64,000 nt of DNA from an uncultured Acidimicrobiia bacterium (GCA_963812375.1 CAWEUW010000009.1:386240-450239); one strand, 5' to 3'. Counted from the first letter of the stretch, positions 51,471 to 60,401 are shown. The notes: generated by a model not told the origin, from the sequence alone. Numbers and translations are program-made.

Positions 51471-51521
51471 GCAACTTTGAGCGAGTGGCGCCATCTGGTG
51501 TGTTCAGTCGCTCAAAGTTGC
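51471..51521. repeat. family-2 47-nt hairpin element (copy a, stem extendable to 14 bp)
   Basis: gc-aactttgagcga - gtggcgccatctggtgtgttcag - tcgctcaaagtt-gc. Confidence 0.85.
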
Positions 51522-51544
51522 CGCGCCGCTGTCGCCTATTCGCC

Positions 51545-51591
51545 AAATTTGAGCGAGTGGCGCCATGTGGTGTGTTCAATCGCTCAAAGTT
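51545..51591. repeat. family-2 47-nt hairpin element (copy b)
   Basis: aaatttgagcga - gtggcgccatgtggtgtgttcaa - tcgctcaaagtt. It starts 72 nt after the start of copy a and ends 25 nt upstream of the der start. Confidence 0.85.
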
Positions 51592-51615
51592 TGCTTGGCG
51601 ATCGGCGGGAACGGC

Positions 51616-52968
51616 GTGACTGCGCTGCCGGTGGTCGCCGTCGTCGGGCGGCCCAATGTCGGCAAGTCGACACTGGTCAACCGGATCCTGCGGCGCCGTC
51701 TCGCCGTGGTCGACGAGCAGTCCGGGGTGACCCGCGACACCCGCCGCTTCGTGGCCGAGTGGAGCGGCCGCCGCTTCCTCCTGGTGGACACCGGCGGTTG
51801 GGAGCTCAGCCCCGACGAGCCGCTGATCGCCGGGGTGCGGCAGCAGACGGAGGCGGCCGCCGCCGCCGCCGACGTGGTCGTCTACCTGGCCGACGCAACG
51901 ACCCAGGTGACCGACGACGACCAGGGCATCGCCCGGCTGCTGCTCCGCTCCGGGGTGCCGCACCTGTTCGTGGCCAACAAGGTGGACGGGGAGCGCCAGG
52001 AGTCGGACCTCGACCGCCTGTGGTCACTCGGCCTCGGTGAGCCGATTCCGGTCAGCGCCCAGCACGGCCGCGGTGTCGGCGACTTCCTCGACGCCCTGGT
52101 GGACGCCCTCCCCGAGGAGGGCAGCATCGAGCCCCGCTCCGGTATCGCCCGGCTGGCGATCGTGGGCCGTCCCAACGTGGGTAAGTCGACGCTGCTCAAC
52201 CGGCTGGCGGGCGAGGAGCGGGTCCTGGTCGACGACGAGCCGGGCACGACCCGGGACCCGATCGACCTGGTGGTCGACATCGACGGGGAGCCCTTCGAGA
52301 TCGTCGACACCGCCGGCATCCGACGCCGGACCAGGATCGACGACGACGCCGACTTCTATGCGGTGCTCCGGGCCAGGGAGGCGTTCACCGCCGCCGACGT
52401 GGCGTTGCTGGTCATCGACGGCACCCGGGGGGTGACCCACCTCGAGCAGCGGCTCGCCGAGGAGATCGCCACCGCCGGCGTCGGTTTGATCGTGCTGCTC
52501 AACAAGTGGGACGCCGTCGACGAGGAGAGCCGGGAATTCACCGAGGACGGTGTCGGCGACCGGCTCGGGTTCGTGTCGTGGGCGCCGGTGCTCCGGATGT
52601 CGGCGTTGACGGGGAGCCGGATCCACCGGCTCCCCAAGGCGATCCGCGCCGTGCTCGACGCCCGCCGCACCCGCATCCCGACCCCGGCGCTGAACCGGTT
52701 GGTCCGTACCTGGCAGGAGGCGCACCCGCCGCCGATGCGCAACGGCAAGCGGGCCAGGATCATCTACGCGGTCCAGGCGGACGACAGCCCGCCCCGCATC
52801 GTGCTGTTCGTGCGCGGGGGAGACCTGGGGCCCGACTACGTCCGCTTCCTCGAGAAGCGGATCCGTGGGGAGTACGACCTCACCGGCACCCCGGTGCTGT
52901 TCCACTCCCGGCGTCGTCACTCGGCGGCCGAGGCGCCCCGGCGCCGGCCGGCGCGCCCGGTAGCCTGA
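51616..52968 (+). CDS. der: ribosome-biogenesis GTPase Der (EngA)
   Basis: Two G domains, each with GRPNVGKST, plus DTGG/DTAG and NKVD/NKWD. C-terminal KH-like domain. GTG 51616 is proposed because the ORF start at 51565 lies inside the hairpin repeat. Frame intact. Confidence 0.9.
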   Translation: MTALPVVAVVGRPNVGKSTLVNRILRRRLAVVDEQSGVTRDTRRFVAEWSGRRFLLVDTGGWELSPDEPLIAGVRQQTEAAAAAADVVVYLADATTQVTDDDQGIARLLLRSGVPHLFVANKVDGERQESDLDRLWSLGLGEPIPVSAQHGRGVGDFLDALVDALPEEGSIEPRSGIARLAIVGRPNVGKSTLLNRLAGEERVLVDDEPGTTRDPIDLVVDIDGEPFEIVDTAGIRRRTRIDDDADFYAVLRAREAFTAADVALLVIDGTRGVTHLEQRLAEEIATAGVGLIVLLNKWDAVDEESREFTEDGVGDRLGFVSWAPVLRMSALTGSRIHRLPKAIRAVLDARRTRIPTPALNRLVRTWQEAHPPPMRNGKRARIIYAVQADDSPPRIVLFVRGGDLGPDYVRFLEKRIRGEYDLTGTPVLFHSRRRHSAAEAPRRRPARPVA

Positions 52969-52972
52969 GCCC

Positions 52973-54508
52973 ATGTCGGACGCCCGCTCACTCGAGGACC
53001 GCTTCCGGAAGGCGGCGGAGACCGCCGCCGCCGGCGGGGCCGAGAAGTACCACCAGAAGCTCGCCGAGCAGGGGAAGCTGTTCGTGCGGGACCGGGTAGA
53101 CCTGCTCGTCGACCCCGGCAGCTTCCGGGAGGACGGGCTCCTCGCCAACGCATCGGCCGGTGACCTCGCTGCCGACGGGGTGGTCACCGGGCGCGCCACC
53201 GTGGACGGGCGCCCCGTCGTGGTCATCGCCAACGACCCGACCGTCAAGGCGGGGAGCTGGGGGGCGCGCACCGTCGAGAAGATGATCCGGATGCTGGAGG
53301 CCGCCTACGACGAGCTGCTCCCGGTGTTCTACCTGGTCGACTCCGCCGGTGCCCGTATCACCGATCAGGTGGACCTGTTTCCCGGCCGGCGCGGCGCCGG
53401 GCGCATCTTCTACAGCCAGGTGCGGCTGTCCGGGCGGGTGCCTCAGATCTGTTGCCTGTTCGGCCCCTCGGCGGCGGGCGGCGCCTACATCCCATCGTTC
53501 TGCGACGTGGTGATCATGGTGGAGGGCCGGGCCTCGATGTACCTGGGCTCGCCGCGGATGGCGCAGATGGTCATCGGGGAGGACACCAGCCTGGAGGAGA
53601 TGGGCGGCGCCCGGATGCACTGCGAGGTGTCCGGTTGCGGTGACGCCCTGGTCACCTCGGACGAGGAGGCGATCGAATGGGCCAAGCTGTACTTCTCGTA
53701 CGTGGCGGACCACTACCGGGTGCTGCCGCCCGAGTACTCCGCCGAGCCGGCCGCCCCGGGCGACCCGGGTGAGATCCTCCCCGCCGATTCCACCCAGGGG
53801 TACGACATGGTCCGGTTCCTCGAGCGGGTGGTCGACGGGGGGAGCCTGTTCCAGGTCAAGGAGCTCTACGCCCGCGAGGTGATCACCGCATTCGGCCGGC
53901 TGGAGGGCAAGCCGGTCGGGATCGTCGCATCGCAGCCCAGCCATCTCGGCGGCGTGCTCTTCGTCGACTCGGCGGACAAGGCGTCGCGGTTCATCTGGTT
54001 GTGCGACGCCTTCAACCTCCCCCTGCTCTTCTTCGCCGACGTCCCCGGGTTCATGATCGGCACCCAGGTCGAGCGCCAGGGGATCATCCGCTCCGGGGCG
54101 AAGATGCTCACCGCCATCGCCGAGGCCACGGTGCCCCGCATCTCGGTGATCGTCCGCAAGGCGTACGGTGCGGGCCTCTACGCGTTCTCCGGGCCGGGCC
54201 TGCGGCCCGAGGCGACGCTGGCGCTCCCCACCGCCGAGATCGCCGTCATGGGCCCCGAGGCGGCGGTCAACGCCGTGTACTACAACAAGATCCAAGAGCT
54301 CCCCGAAGACCGGCGCGCCGAGTTCGTCGACGAGCGTCGCGTCGAGTACCTCGAGGACGTCGACCTGCTCCGGCTCGGCTCCGAGCTGGTGGTCGACGCC
54401 GTCGTCCAGCCCTCTGATCTTCGCGGCGAGCTCATCGAGCGCTTCGCCGCCGCCGCTCGCAAGGAGCGCCACTTCTCGGGCAGGCGCCACGGCGTTCCCC
54501 CGGTATGA
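52973..54508 (+). CDS. acyl-CoA carboxylase carboxyltransferase (beta) subunit
   Basis: 511-aa intact ORF with both carboxyltransferase halves (...VIANDPTVKAGSWG..., ...FFADVPGFMIGTQVERQGIIRSGAKM...). The substrate (propionyl-, methylcrotonyl- or other acyl-CoA) cannot be decided from sequence alone. Confidence 0.85.
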   Translation: MSDARSLEDRFRKAAETAAAGGAEKYHQKLAEQGKLFVRDRVDLLVDPGSFREDGLLANASAGDLAADGVVTGRATVDGRPVVVIANDPTVKAGSWGARTVEKMIRMLEAAYDELLPVFYLVDSAGARITDQVDLFPGRRGAGRIFYSQVRLSGRVPQICCLFGPSAAGGAYIPSFCDVVIMVEGRASMYLGSPRMAQMVIGEDTSLEEMGGARMHCEVSGCGDALVTSDEEAIEWAKLYFSYVADHYRVLPPEYSAEPAAPGDPGEILPADSTQGYDMVRFLERVVDGGSLFQVKELYAREVITAFGRLEGKPVGIVASQPSHLGGVLFVDSADKASRFIWLCDAFNLPLLFFADVPGFMIGTQVERQGIIRSGAKMLTAIAEATVPRISVIVRKAYGAGLYAFSGPGLRPEATLALPTAEIAVMGPEAAVNAVYYNKIQELPEDRRAEFVDERRVEYLEDVDLLRLGSELVVDAVVQPSDLRGELIERFAAAARKERHFSGRRHGVPPV

Positions 54509-54744
54509 CCGACCCGACCGAGGACGGCGAGCAACCCGACTCGCTCTCGGAGGAGCCGTCTGCGGAGGAGACCTCGCCCGACGAGGAGCGCTGGCCCATC
54601 GGCTTCATCCTCACCATCGTCATGGCCGGGCTCTATCTCGCCTACCGCCTGTGGCAGGGCCTGGTCCTCGTCTGGCGCTGCGGTGTTCTGACCGCGGGCT
54701 CGAGCCGGTGCGGGCCCTGCGTCGGTGTACCATCAAGGGCACGA
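54505..54744 (+). CDS. small acidic-N-terminus, single-TM protein; 3' end undefined
   Basis: ATGA overlap with the carboxyltransferase gene (MTDPTEDGEQPDSLSEEPSAEETSPDEERWPIGFILTIVMAGLYLAYRLWQG...). The frame has no stop before 54942 and runs through tRNA-Pro, so the true end must be earlier, possibly after a frame error. Confidence 0.25.
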
Positions 54745-54821
54745 CGGGCTGTGGCGCAGCTTGGCAGCGCGCTTGACTGGGGGTCAAGAGGTCGCCGGTT
54801 CAAATCCGGCCAGCCCGACCA
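54745..54821 (+). tRNA. tRNA-Pro, anticodon GGG
   Basis: Hand-folded. Acceptor CGGGCTG/CAGCCCG, D arm GCGC-AGCTTGGC-AGCGC, anticodon stem CTTGA/TCAAG with loop CTGGGGG, T arm GCCGG-TTCAAAT-CCGGC, discriminator A. CCA is encoded. Confidence 0.9.
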
Positions 54822-54848
54822 CCCACGCAGCGTGCCTACGATCGCTCC

Positions 54849-55391
54849 ATGTCCATCGACATGTTCTTCGAGCCCGAGGAGGAACGCCGGGTCGATCCGC
54901 CGTTCCAAGGTGACGAGCGAACGTTGCTCCTCGCGTTCCTGAAGTGGTACCGGGACACGCTCGACGCCAAGTGCTCCGGGCTCGACCCCGAGCAGCTCGC
55001 CCGGCGGGCGGTGGAGCCGTCGTCGCTGTCGCTCCTCGGATTGGTGCGGCACATGGCCGACGTCGAGCGGAGTTGGTTCCGCCGGGTGATGGCCGACGAG
55101 GACGCCCCGCCGATCTTCTACTCGAAGGACGACATGGATGGCGACTTCGACAACGCCGTGGCCGAACCGGGCGTCGTGGCCGAGGCGTGGGACCGGTGGC
55201 GGGAGGAGATGGCGAACGCCGACCGCTTCGTCGCCGAGGCACCCGACCTCGACGTCGTCTCCCTTCGGGAGAGCGATCCCGACCGGGTCTCGCTGCGTTG
55301 GGTGCTCATCCACATGGTGGAGGAGTACGCCCGCCACTGCGGCCACGCCGACCTGCTGAGGGAGCGCATCGACGGCCGGGTGGGCCAGTAG
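54849..55391 (+). CDS. DinB-family protein (DUF664 / mycothiol-transferase-like)
   Basis: 180-aa intact ORF. LLAFLKWYRDTLDAKCSGL..., LLGLVRHMADVERSWF, HMVEEYARHCGHADLLRE. Confidence 0.8.
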   Translation: MSIDMFFEPEEERRVDPPFQGDERTLLLAFLKWYRDTLDAKCSGLDPEQLARRAVEPSSLSLLGLVRHMADVERSWFRRVMADEDAPPIFYSKDDMDGDFDNAVAEPGVVAEAWDRWREEMANADRFVAEAPDLDVVSLRESDPDRVSLRWVLIHMVEEYARHCGHADLLRERIDGRVGQ

Positions 55392-55523
55392 CGCCCGCCG
55401 CTTCTGCGATTCGGGCGGTCGCCGCACGGGCACCCGCCATCTTCCAGCGGTGAGTTCTAGTGTGCGCCGCCGGGCGTAGCGACGCCTCGGGCGCAAGCTG
55501 CCGAACCAGCGACAGGAGGACCG

Positions 55524-56454
55524 ATGAAGGCGATCGTCGTCGACGACTATGGGGCGGAGCCCGAGCTGAGGGACATCCCGGCGCCGGAGCCGGGCCCCGG
55601 TGAGATCCTGGTCAAGGTGTCGTCTTCGTCGCTCAACGGGTTCGACCGGGCATCGACCGGCGGGTGGTTGAAGGGCATGATCGAGCACGAGTTCCCGTTC
55701 ATCGTCGGCAAGGACTTCGCCGGCACGGTGGAGGCGATGGGCGAGGGTGTGACGCAGTACGCGGTGGGCGACCCGGTGTTCGGCGTGGTGCTCGGGCCGG
55801 TGCTCCACGACGGGGCCTTCTGCGAATACCTCACCGTGGCCGAGAACGGGGCGGTGGCGCCGATCCCGGCCGGGCTCGACCCGGTGGTCGCCGGCGCCCT
55901 CGGACTGGCCGCCTCAACGGCGGTGGCCGTCGTCGACGCCGTTGCCGCCGAGCAGGGGGAAACGGTGCTGATCGTCGGGGCCACCGGAGGCGTCGGCCCG
56001 CTCGCCCTGCAGATGCTTCGAGATCGTGGGGTGCAGGTCATCGCCACGGCCCGGCCGGGGGCGTGGCTCGACCTCGTGGAAGAGGCCGGCGCCGACCACA
56101 CCGTCGACTACAGCACCGACATCACCCCACAGGTGCGCGCCCTGCGGCCCGACGGGGTCGACGCCGCCATCCACATGGCCGGTGACGCCGGCGAGACCGC
56201 CGACCTGGTGCGCCGGGATGGCCGGTTCGTGTCGATCGTGGGCGGCGAGTACCAGGTGGCGGATCGTCCGATCTCGGCAGTTGGCGCGTTCGCCTCGCCC
56301 GATCGTGAGATGCTCACCCGACTGGCCGAGGCCGTGGTGTCCGGCGAGCCTGAAGCTCACCGTCCGGACCACGTACCGTCTCGAAGAAGCCCCGGCGGCG
56401 CTGGAGGAGTACCGGCAGTTCTCGGTGGCCAAGGTGGCGATCCTGGTCGCCTGA
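55524..56454 (+). pseudogene. NADPH:quinone oxidoreductase / zinc-type alcohol dehydrogenase family, 1 frame break
   Basis: AGGAGGA lies upstream of ATG 55524. GroES-like N-terminus and Rossmann motif VGATGGVG. After a break near 56345 the C-terminus LKLTVRTTYRLEEAPAALEEYRQFSVAKVAILVA* is in the frame of ORF 56026. Confidence 0.8.
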
Positions 56455-56539
56455 TCGCACCGGGCCGAAGGCGAGGCCGAGGGACTGGTGGCCGAGCTGA
56501 GCACGGGTCGGGTGTGTCTCCGGCGCCGCGCTGCGGCCG

Positions 56540-57088
56540 TCAGCTTGCCGGTGGTGGGCTCGGGGTGTACTCGGCGCCTGCCTTGCGGGCGAGGAACGCC
56601 GAGAGCGGAGCGGGCAGCTCGGCGGCGCGGTCTCCCCAGTCGTACACCACACACGTGCCGGCGATCACGTCGTGGAGCGCCCGGTGACGTTTCCCGATCA
56701 GGACGCCGAGGAACCCGAGACCAAAGAGGAGGGCGCTGAACGGGAACGCCAGCGTTCTCACGAAGGCTCGCGAGGCGGGGAGGGTCCCGCCGGCGCCGGT
56801 GACCACCCTGAGCCCGATCAGGCCCTTGCCGAGGGTACGCCCGGCGATGGTGAGGCTGATGAACGCGTAGAGGAACGCCCAGGTGGCGAGGGCGATCCCC
56901 CACACCAGCCCTGACCGGTCGTTGGAGAGCTCGATGCCGAGCACCACCCGGAACAGCAGGTCGATGCCGGCGACAGCGAGGGCGTACAACCCGAACACGA
57001 TGCCGATGTCGATGACGGTGGCGACGGCTCGGCTGGCCGCCCCGGAGTAGTGACCGCTGACGTGGACCCGAGAGTCGGCGCCGGTCAC
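56540..57088 (-). CDS. RDD-family membrane protein
   Basis: 182 aa with a GTG start overlapping the upstream stop (GTGA). It has 3 TM helices and the conserved R..D...D pattern (GKRHRALHDVIAGTCVV). Confidence 0.75.
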   Translation of the reverse strand: MTGADSRVHVSGHYSGAASRAVATVIDIGIVFGLYALAVAGIDLLFRVVLGIELSNDRSGLVWGIALATWAFLYAFISLTIAGRTLGKGLIGLRVVTGAGGTLPASRAFVRTLAFPFSALLFGLGFLGVLIGKRHRALHDVIAGTCVVYDWGDRAAELPAPLSAFLARKAGAEYTPSPPPAS

Positions 57089-57828
57089 GACGGCGGCTCT
57101 TCGGTGAGGGCGGGGGGCCCGACCGGCATGGTTGCCGGGTCGCGGCGCAGCACCCTGCAGACGACACGGTCGATCACGATGTCGAGGCCGGCGAGCTGAC
57201 GGCGGACCATGTCGAGGACCGATCCGGCGACCCGGTACGTGCTCTCCTGGACGATCTCCGGGACACCGGCGCGCCGGACCACGGCTTCGAGGTCGACGGT
57301 ATCGAGCACGGCGTCGATGTCCACCTTGGCCACCAGCTCGTTGACCTCGATCCGGTCGACCAACCGGGCGACGTCGACCCGGTCGAGGAGCGCGTTCATG
57401 TCGACCCTCTCGAGCAGGGCGTCCATGTCGACCCGCTCCAGGAGGCGGTCGATGGTGATCCGGTCGAGGAGGGCGTCGACGGTGACCCGGTCGAGGAGAG
57501 CGTCGATGTCGACCCGGTCGAGTAAGTCGTTGATCGGCACCCGCGCCAGGATCTCGTCGATGTCGATGCGGTCGGCAATGGCGTCGATGTCGACCAGCTT
57601 GAGCAGGGCGTCCATGTCGAGCCGGTCGACCAGTCGGTCGATGTCGATCCGGTCGAGCACCCGGTTGACATCGATGCGGTCGACGACCTGGTCGACGTCG
57701 ATCTGCTCGATGACGATGTCGGGGTCGATCGTCTCCACGACCTTGCCGGTGACGGCGCCGGCCATCCGACTGAGACGCCCCTTCTGGCGTTCGGGCTCTT
57801 CCGATGCTCGCTTGGCGCTCATCCCCAT
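57085..57828 (-). CDS. conserved hypothetical protein built of about 17 tandem nonapeptide repeats ([VI]D[IVM][DN]xLLDR)
   Basis: 247-aa intact ORF. A basic N-terminus is followed by IDPDIVIEQ IDVDQVVDR IDVNRVLDR IDIDRLVDR LDMDALLKL ... VDLEAVVRR. The C-terminal tail reads ...GSVLDMVRRQLAGLDIVIDRVVCRVLRR. No TM helix or signal peptide. Confidence 0.7.
   Translation of the reverse strand: MGMSAKRASEEPERQKGRLSRMAGAVTGKVVETIDPDIVIEQIDVDQVVDRIDVNRVLDRIDIDRLVDRLDMDALLKLVDIDAIADRIDIDEILARVPINDLLDRVDIDALLDRVTVDALLDRITIDRLLERVDMDALLERVDMNALLDRVDVARLVDRIEVNELVAKVDIDAVLDTVDLEAVVRRAGVPEIVQESTYRVAGSVLDMVRRQLAGLDIVIDRVVCRVLRRDPATMPVGPPALTEEPPS
57270..57729 (-). repeat. 27-bp-period coding tandem repeat (about 17 units) inside the nonapeptide-repeat gene
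   Basis: Plus-strand consensus approx. GTCGACCCGGTCGAGGAGGGCGTCGAT. The period was verified by eye over several consecutive units. Confidence 0.8.
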
Positions 57829-57924
57829 CCCTGATGGCGATCGTGTCCCGACAGCCTACGGCAGCACGCCCGCCGCCGGGGCATCGTTTCCCGTATCAGC
57901 AGGGCGACGCCTCGGGTCGCTCCA

Positions 57925-59139
57925 TCAGACCAGCTCGCCGTCCCTGGCGACGACGCGGCCGGCGTGGATGACCAGGCTGCGGGGCAGGCGGTCCATGACG
58001 GCGGCGGTGACCGTGTCGCCGGGGACGACCACCAGGTCGGCGGGGTCGCCGACGGCCAGCCCCCGCCCGGCGCCCGGCGCGGCGCCGTCGACGACGGCGC
58101 GCCCCCCGAGCGTCGCGACCTCGACGCAGGCTTCGACGAGGGCGTCGTCTCGGTAGCCGGAACGGTGGGCGAGCATCCAGGCGCGATCCAGCATGTCGCC
58201 GTTGCCGTACGGCGACCAGTAGTCGCGGATGCCGTCCTGGCCCAGGCCGAGCCTCACCCCGGCGTCGCCCAGCGCCGCCATCGGCAAAGGTTCCCGATTG
58301 CCGGGAGCGACGGTGGTCACCGCAACCTCGTGCTCGGCGAGCAGCTCGACCAGGCGGTCCTGCGTTGCCGGCTCCACCCCGGAAAGAGCGAAACAGTGGC
58401 TGATCGTCACCCGGCCCTCCATGGAAGAGCCCCGGACCCGCTCACAGATCAACTCGATGGTGAAAGCGCCCAGCTCGCCGGGCTCGTGGAGATGGATGTC
58501 GATCCCGACGCCGTGCCGTTCCGCCAGCCCGAACACCACGTCCAGCTGCCCGACCGGGTCGCGATCGAACGAGCACGGGTCGATCCCGCCGACCAGGTCT
58601 GCGCCGGCGAGCAACGCCTGCTCGAGGAGATCGCCGGTCCCGGGCGCCCGCATCACCCCCGCCTGCGGGAACGCCACCACCTCGACCCGGGCACGCCCGG
58701 CGTGGTGTTGCCGTGCGGCGAGCACACCTTCGAGCCTCTCCAATCCCGAGTCGGGATCGACCTGGGCGTGGCTGCGCACCAGCGTCGCCCCGGCGGCGAT
58801 GGTGCGACCCAGGGTGTGGGTGGCGCGTTCGGCTACGCCCGCTTCGGCGGATCTCCAATTGCGCCGGTCGTTCTCCACGAGCCCGGCCAGCCCGGGCCCG
58901 GCGGTGTGCTCCCGGAATGGGAGGCCGAGCCTGGTGGAGTCGAGGTGGGCGTGGGCGTCGACGAAGGCCGGGAGCAGCACGCCGTCGGCGCCGTCGGCTA
59001 CCGGTGTGCCGTCGGGTGCCGCCGGCGACGACCCGATGGCGGAGATGCGGCCGTCACGGATGAGGACGTCGGTGACTGGACCGGCGATGGAGCGCGGCCA
59101 TCGCCGCACGTTGCGCAGCAGCAGGTCGGCGGGCGCCAT
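57925..59139 (-). CDS. metal-dependent amidohydrolase (cytosine-deaminase-like)
   Basis: 404-aa intact ORF. N-terminal LLPAFVDAHAHLD (HxH metal site), IDIHLHE, and a later H and D in the expected order. Substrate unknown. Confidence 0.75.
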   Translation of the reverse strand: MAPADLLLRNVRRWPRSIAGPVTDVLIRDGRISAIGSSPAAPDGTPVADGADGVLLPAFVDAHAHLDSTRLGLPFREHTAGPGLAGLVENDRRNWRSAEAGVAERATHTLGRTIAAGATLVRSHAQVDPDSGLERLEGVLAARQHHAGRARVEVVAFPQAGVMRAPGTGDLLEQALLAGADLVGGIDPCSFDRDPVGQLDVVFGLAERHGVGIDIHLHEPGELGAFTIELICERVRGSSMEGRVTISHCFALSGVEPATQDRLVELLAEHEVAVTTVAPGNREPLPMAALGDAGVRLGLGQDGIRDYWSPYGNGDMLDRAWMLAHRSGYRDDALVEACVEVATLGGRAVVDGAAPGAGRGLAVGDPADLVVVPGDTVTAAVMDRLPRSLVIHAGRVVARDGELV

Positions 59140-59199
59140 CGCCCCACCCTACGTTTCCCCGATGGCTGGGTCACCTGCGGCCGGTGGCAGAATCGGGCG

Positions 59200-59667
59200 A
59201 TGCGGCACTGGCTGGTGAAATCGGAACCGGGCGATTACTCGATCGACGACCTGGAACGGGACGGGTGGACCCACTGGGACGGGGTGCGCAACTACCAGGC
59301 CCGCAACGCCATGGGAGAGATGGCCGTCGGCGACCGGGTGCTCTTCTACCACTCGGCGGCGAGGCCGCCCGGGGTCGTTGGGCTGGCGGAGGTGATACGG
59401 GAGTCATATCCGGACTTCACCGCCTGGGACCCGGCATCGCGCTACCACGACCCGGCGTCGACGCCTGACGCGCCTCGCTGGTTCATGGTGGACCTCTCGT
59501 TCGTCGCCCGCCTGCCACGGCTGGTCGGACTCGACGAGATCAAACGGGACGCCGAGCTGGCGGGGATGACGCTGGTGACCCGGCCGCGCCTGTCGGTGCA
59601 GCCGGTGACCGACTTCGAGTTCGACCGGATCATCGACCTCGCCCACCGGCCGGGCCCGGGGAGCTGA
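59200..59667 (+). CDS. EVE-domain (PUA-like) protein
   Basis: 155 aa. MRHWLVKSEPGDYSIDDLERDG...WDGVRNYQARNAM..GDRVLFYHS are hallmark EVE/DUF55 motifs. Single-domain protein. Confidence 0.85.
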   Translation: MRHWLVKSEPGDYSIDDLERDGWTHWDGVRNYQARNAMGEMAVGDRVLFYHSAARPPGVVGLAEVIRESYPDFTAWDPASRYHDPASTPDAPRWFMVDLSFVARLPRLVGLDEIKRDAELAGMTLVTRPRLSVQPVTDFEFDRIIDLAHRPGPGS

Positions 59668-60347
59668 TCATGCCTGGCGGCGACTTTCGGCGACTTCGAC
59701 CACCAGGGCGCGATGGTCGGAGCCGGGGATGCGGTGGGTCTCCGATCGCAGCGTGGTCACGCCGCGGGTGAGGGCGTGGTCGATCCGCAGCAGCGGCGGC
59801 CCGAACCCGTGCCACGACCAGGTGGGTGCGGCGGCGCCCGTCTCGACCGGGCCGTCACCCAGCCGCTCGGCCAGCGCTCGGTAGAGCGGCCAGCGGGGGG
59901 TGGCGTTGAAGTCGCCGACCAGGACAAGGCTCTCGGCGCCGGTGTCGAGGCGGGGCCGAGATCGGCCAGCTGGCGACGTCGCCGGTCGACGGCGCGCCGC
60001 CACGGGAACGTCACCGGGTTGCCGAAGTGGACGCAGAGCACCTCGAGCGGCACGGTGAGGCCCGGCCACCCGGCAGGGTCGAGCCGGGCCGACCAGCCGC
60101 TGCGGTACGTCATCGGCAACCGGGAGATGGTGGCCGGGAACCTGGTGGCGATGCCGTTTCCCAGCGTGTCGTGGTGCGCCACCAGGCCGTGGTACCGGTA
60201 CCGCGCCATCACCTCGGCGGCGGCCGGGACCTGGAGCTCCTGCACGGCGAGGACGTCGGGGTCGACCCGGTCGACGAGGGCGCCGAAGCCGTCGACGTCG
60301 ACCTTGTGGGCCCACAGGTTGGCGGTCATGATCCGGATGGGAGACAT
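59668..60347 (-). pseudogene. endonuclease/exonuclease/phosphatase (EEP) family protein, 1 frame break
   Basis: From ATG 60347: MSPIRIMTANLW...LAVQEL. A break near 59965 precedes LVLVGDFNATP...RIDHAL...GSDHRALVVEV in the frame of ORF 59668. Its stop codon abuts the EVE gene stop. Confidence 0.75.
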
Positions 60348-60401
60348 CCGGGGCAGTGTATGGGCGGGAGCCGCCGAGGACGCCGGACCTACCATTGCCC
60401 G

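Noticed and set aside
57270-57729. Regular 27-bp periodicity that could superficially suggest a CRISPR-like or minisatellite array.
   Set aside because: There are no unique spacers. The period lies entirely inside an intact ORF and translates to a nonapeptide repeat, so it is a coding tandem repeat.
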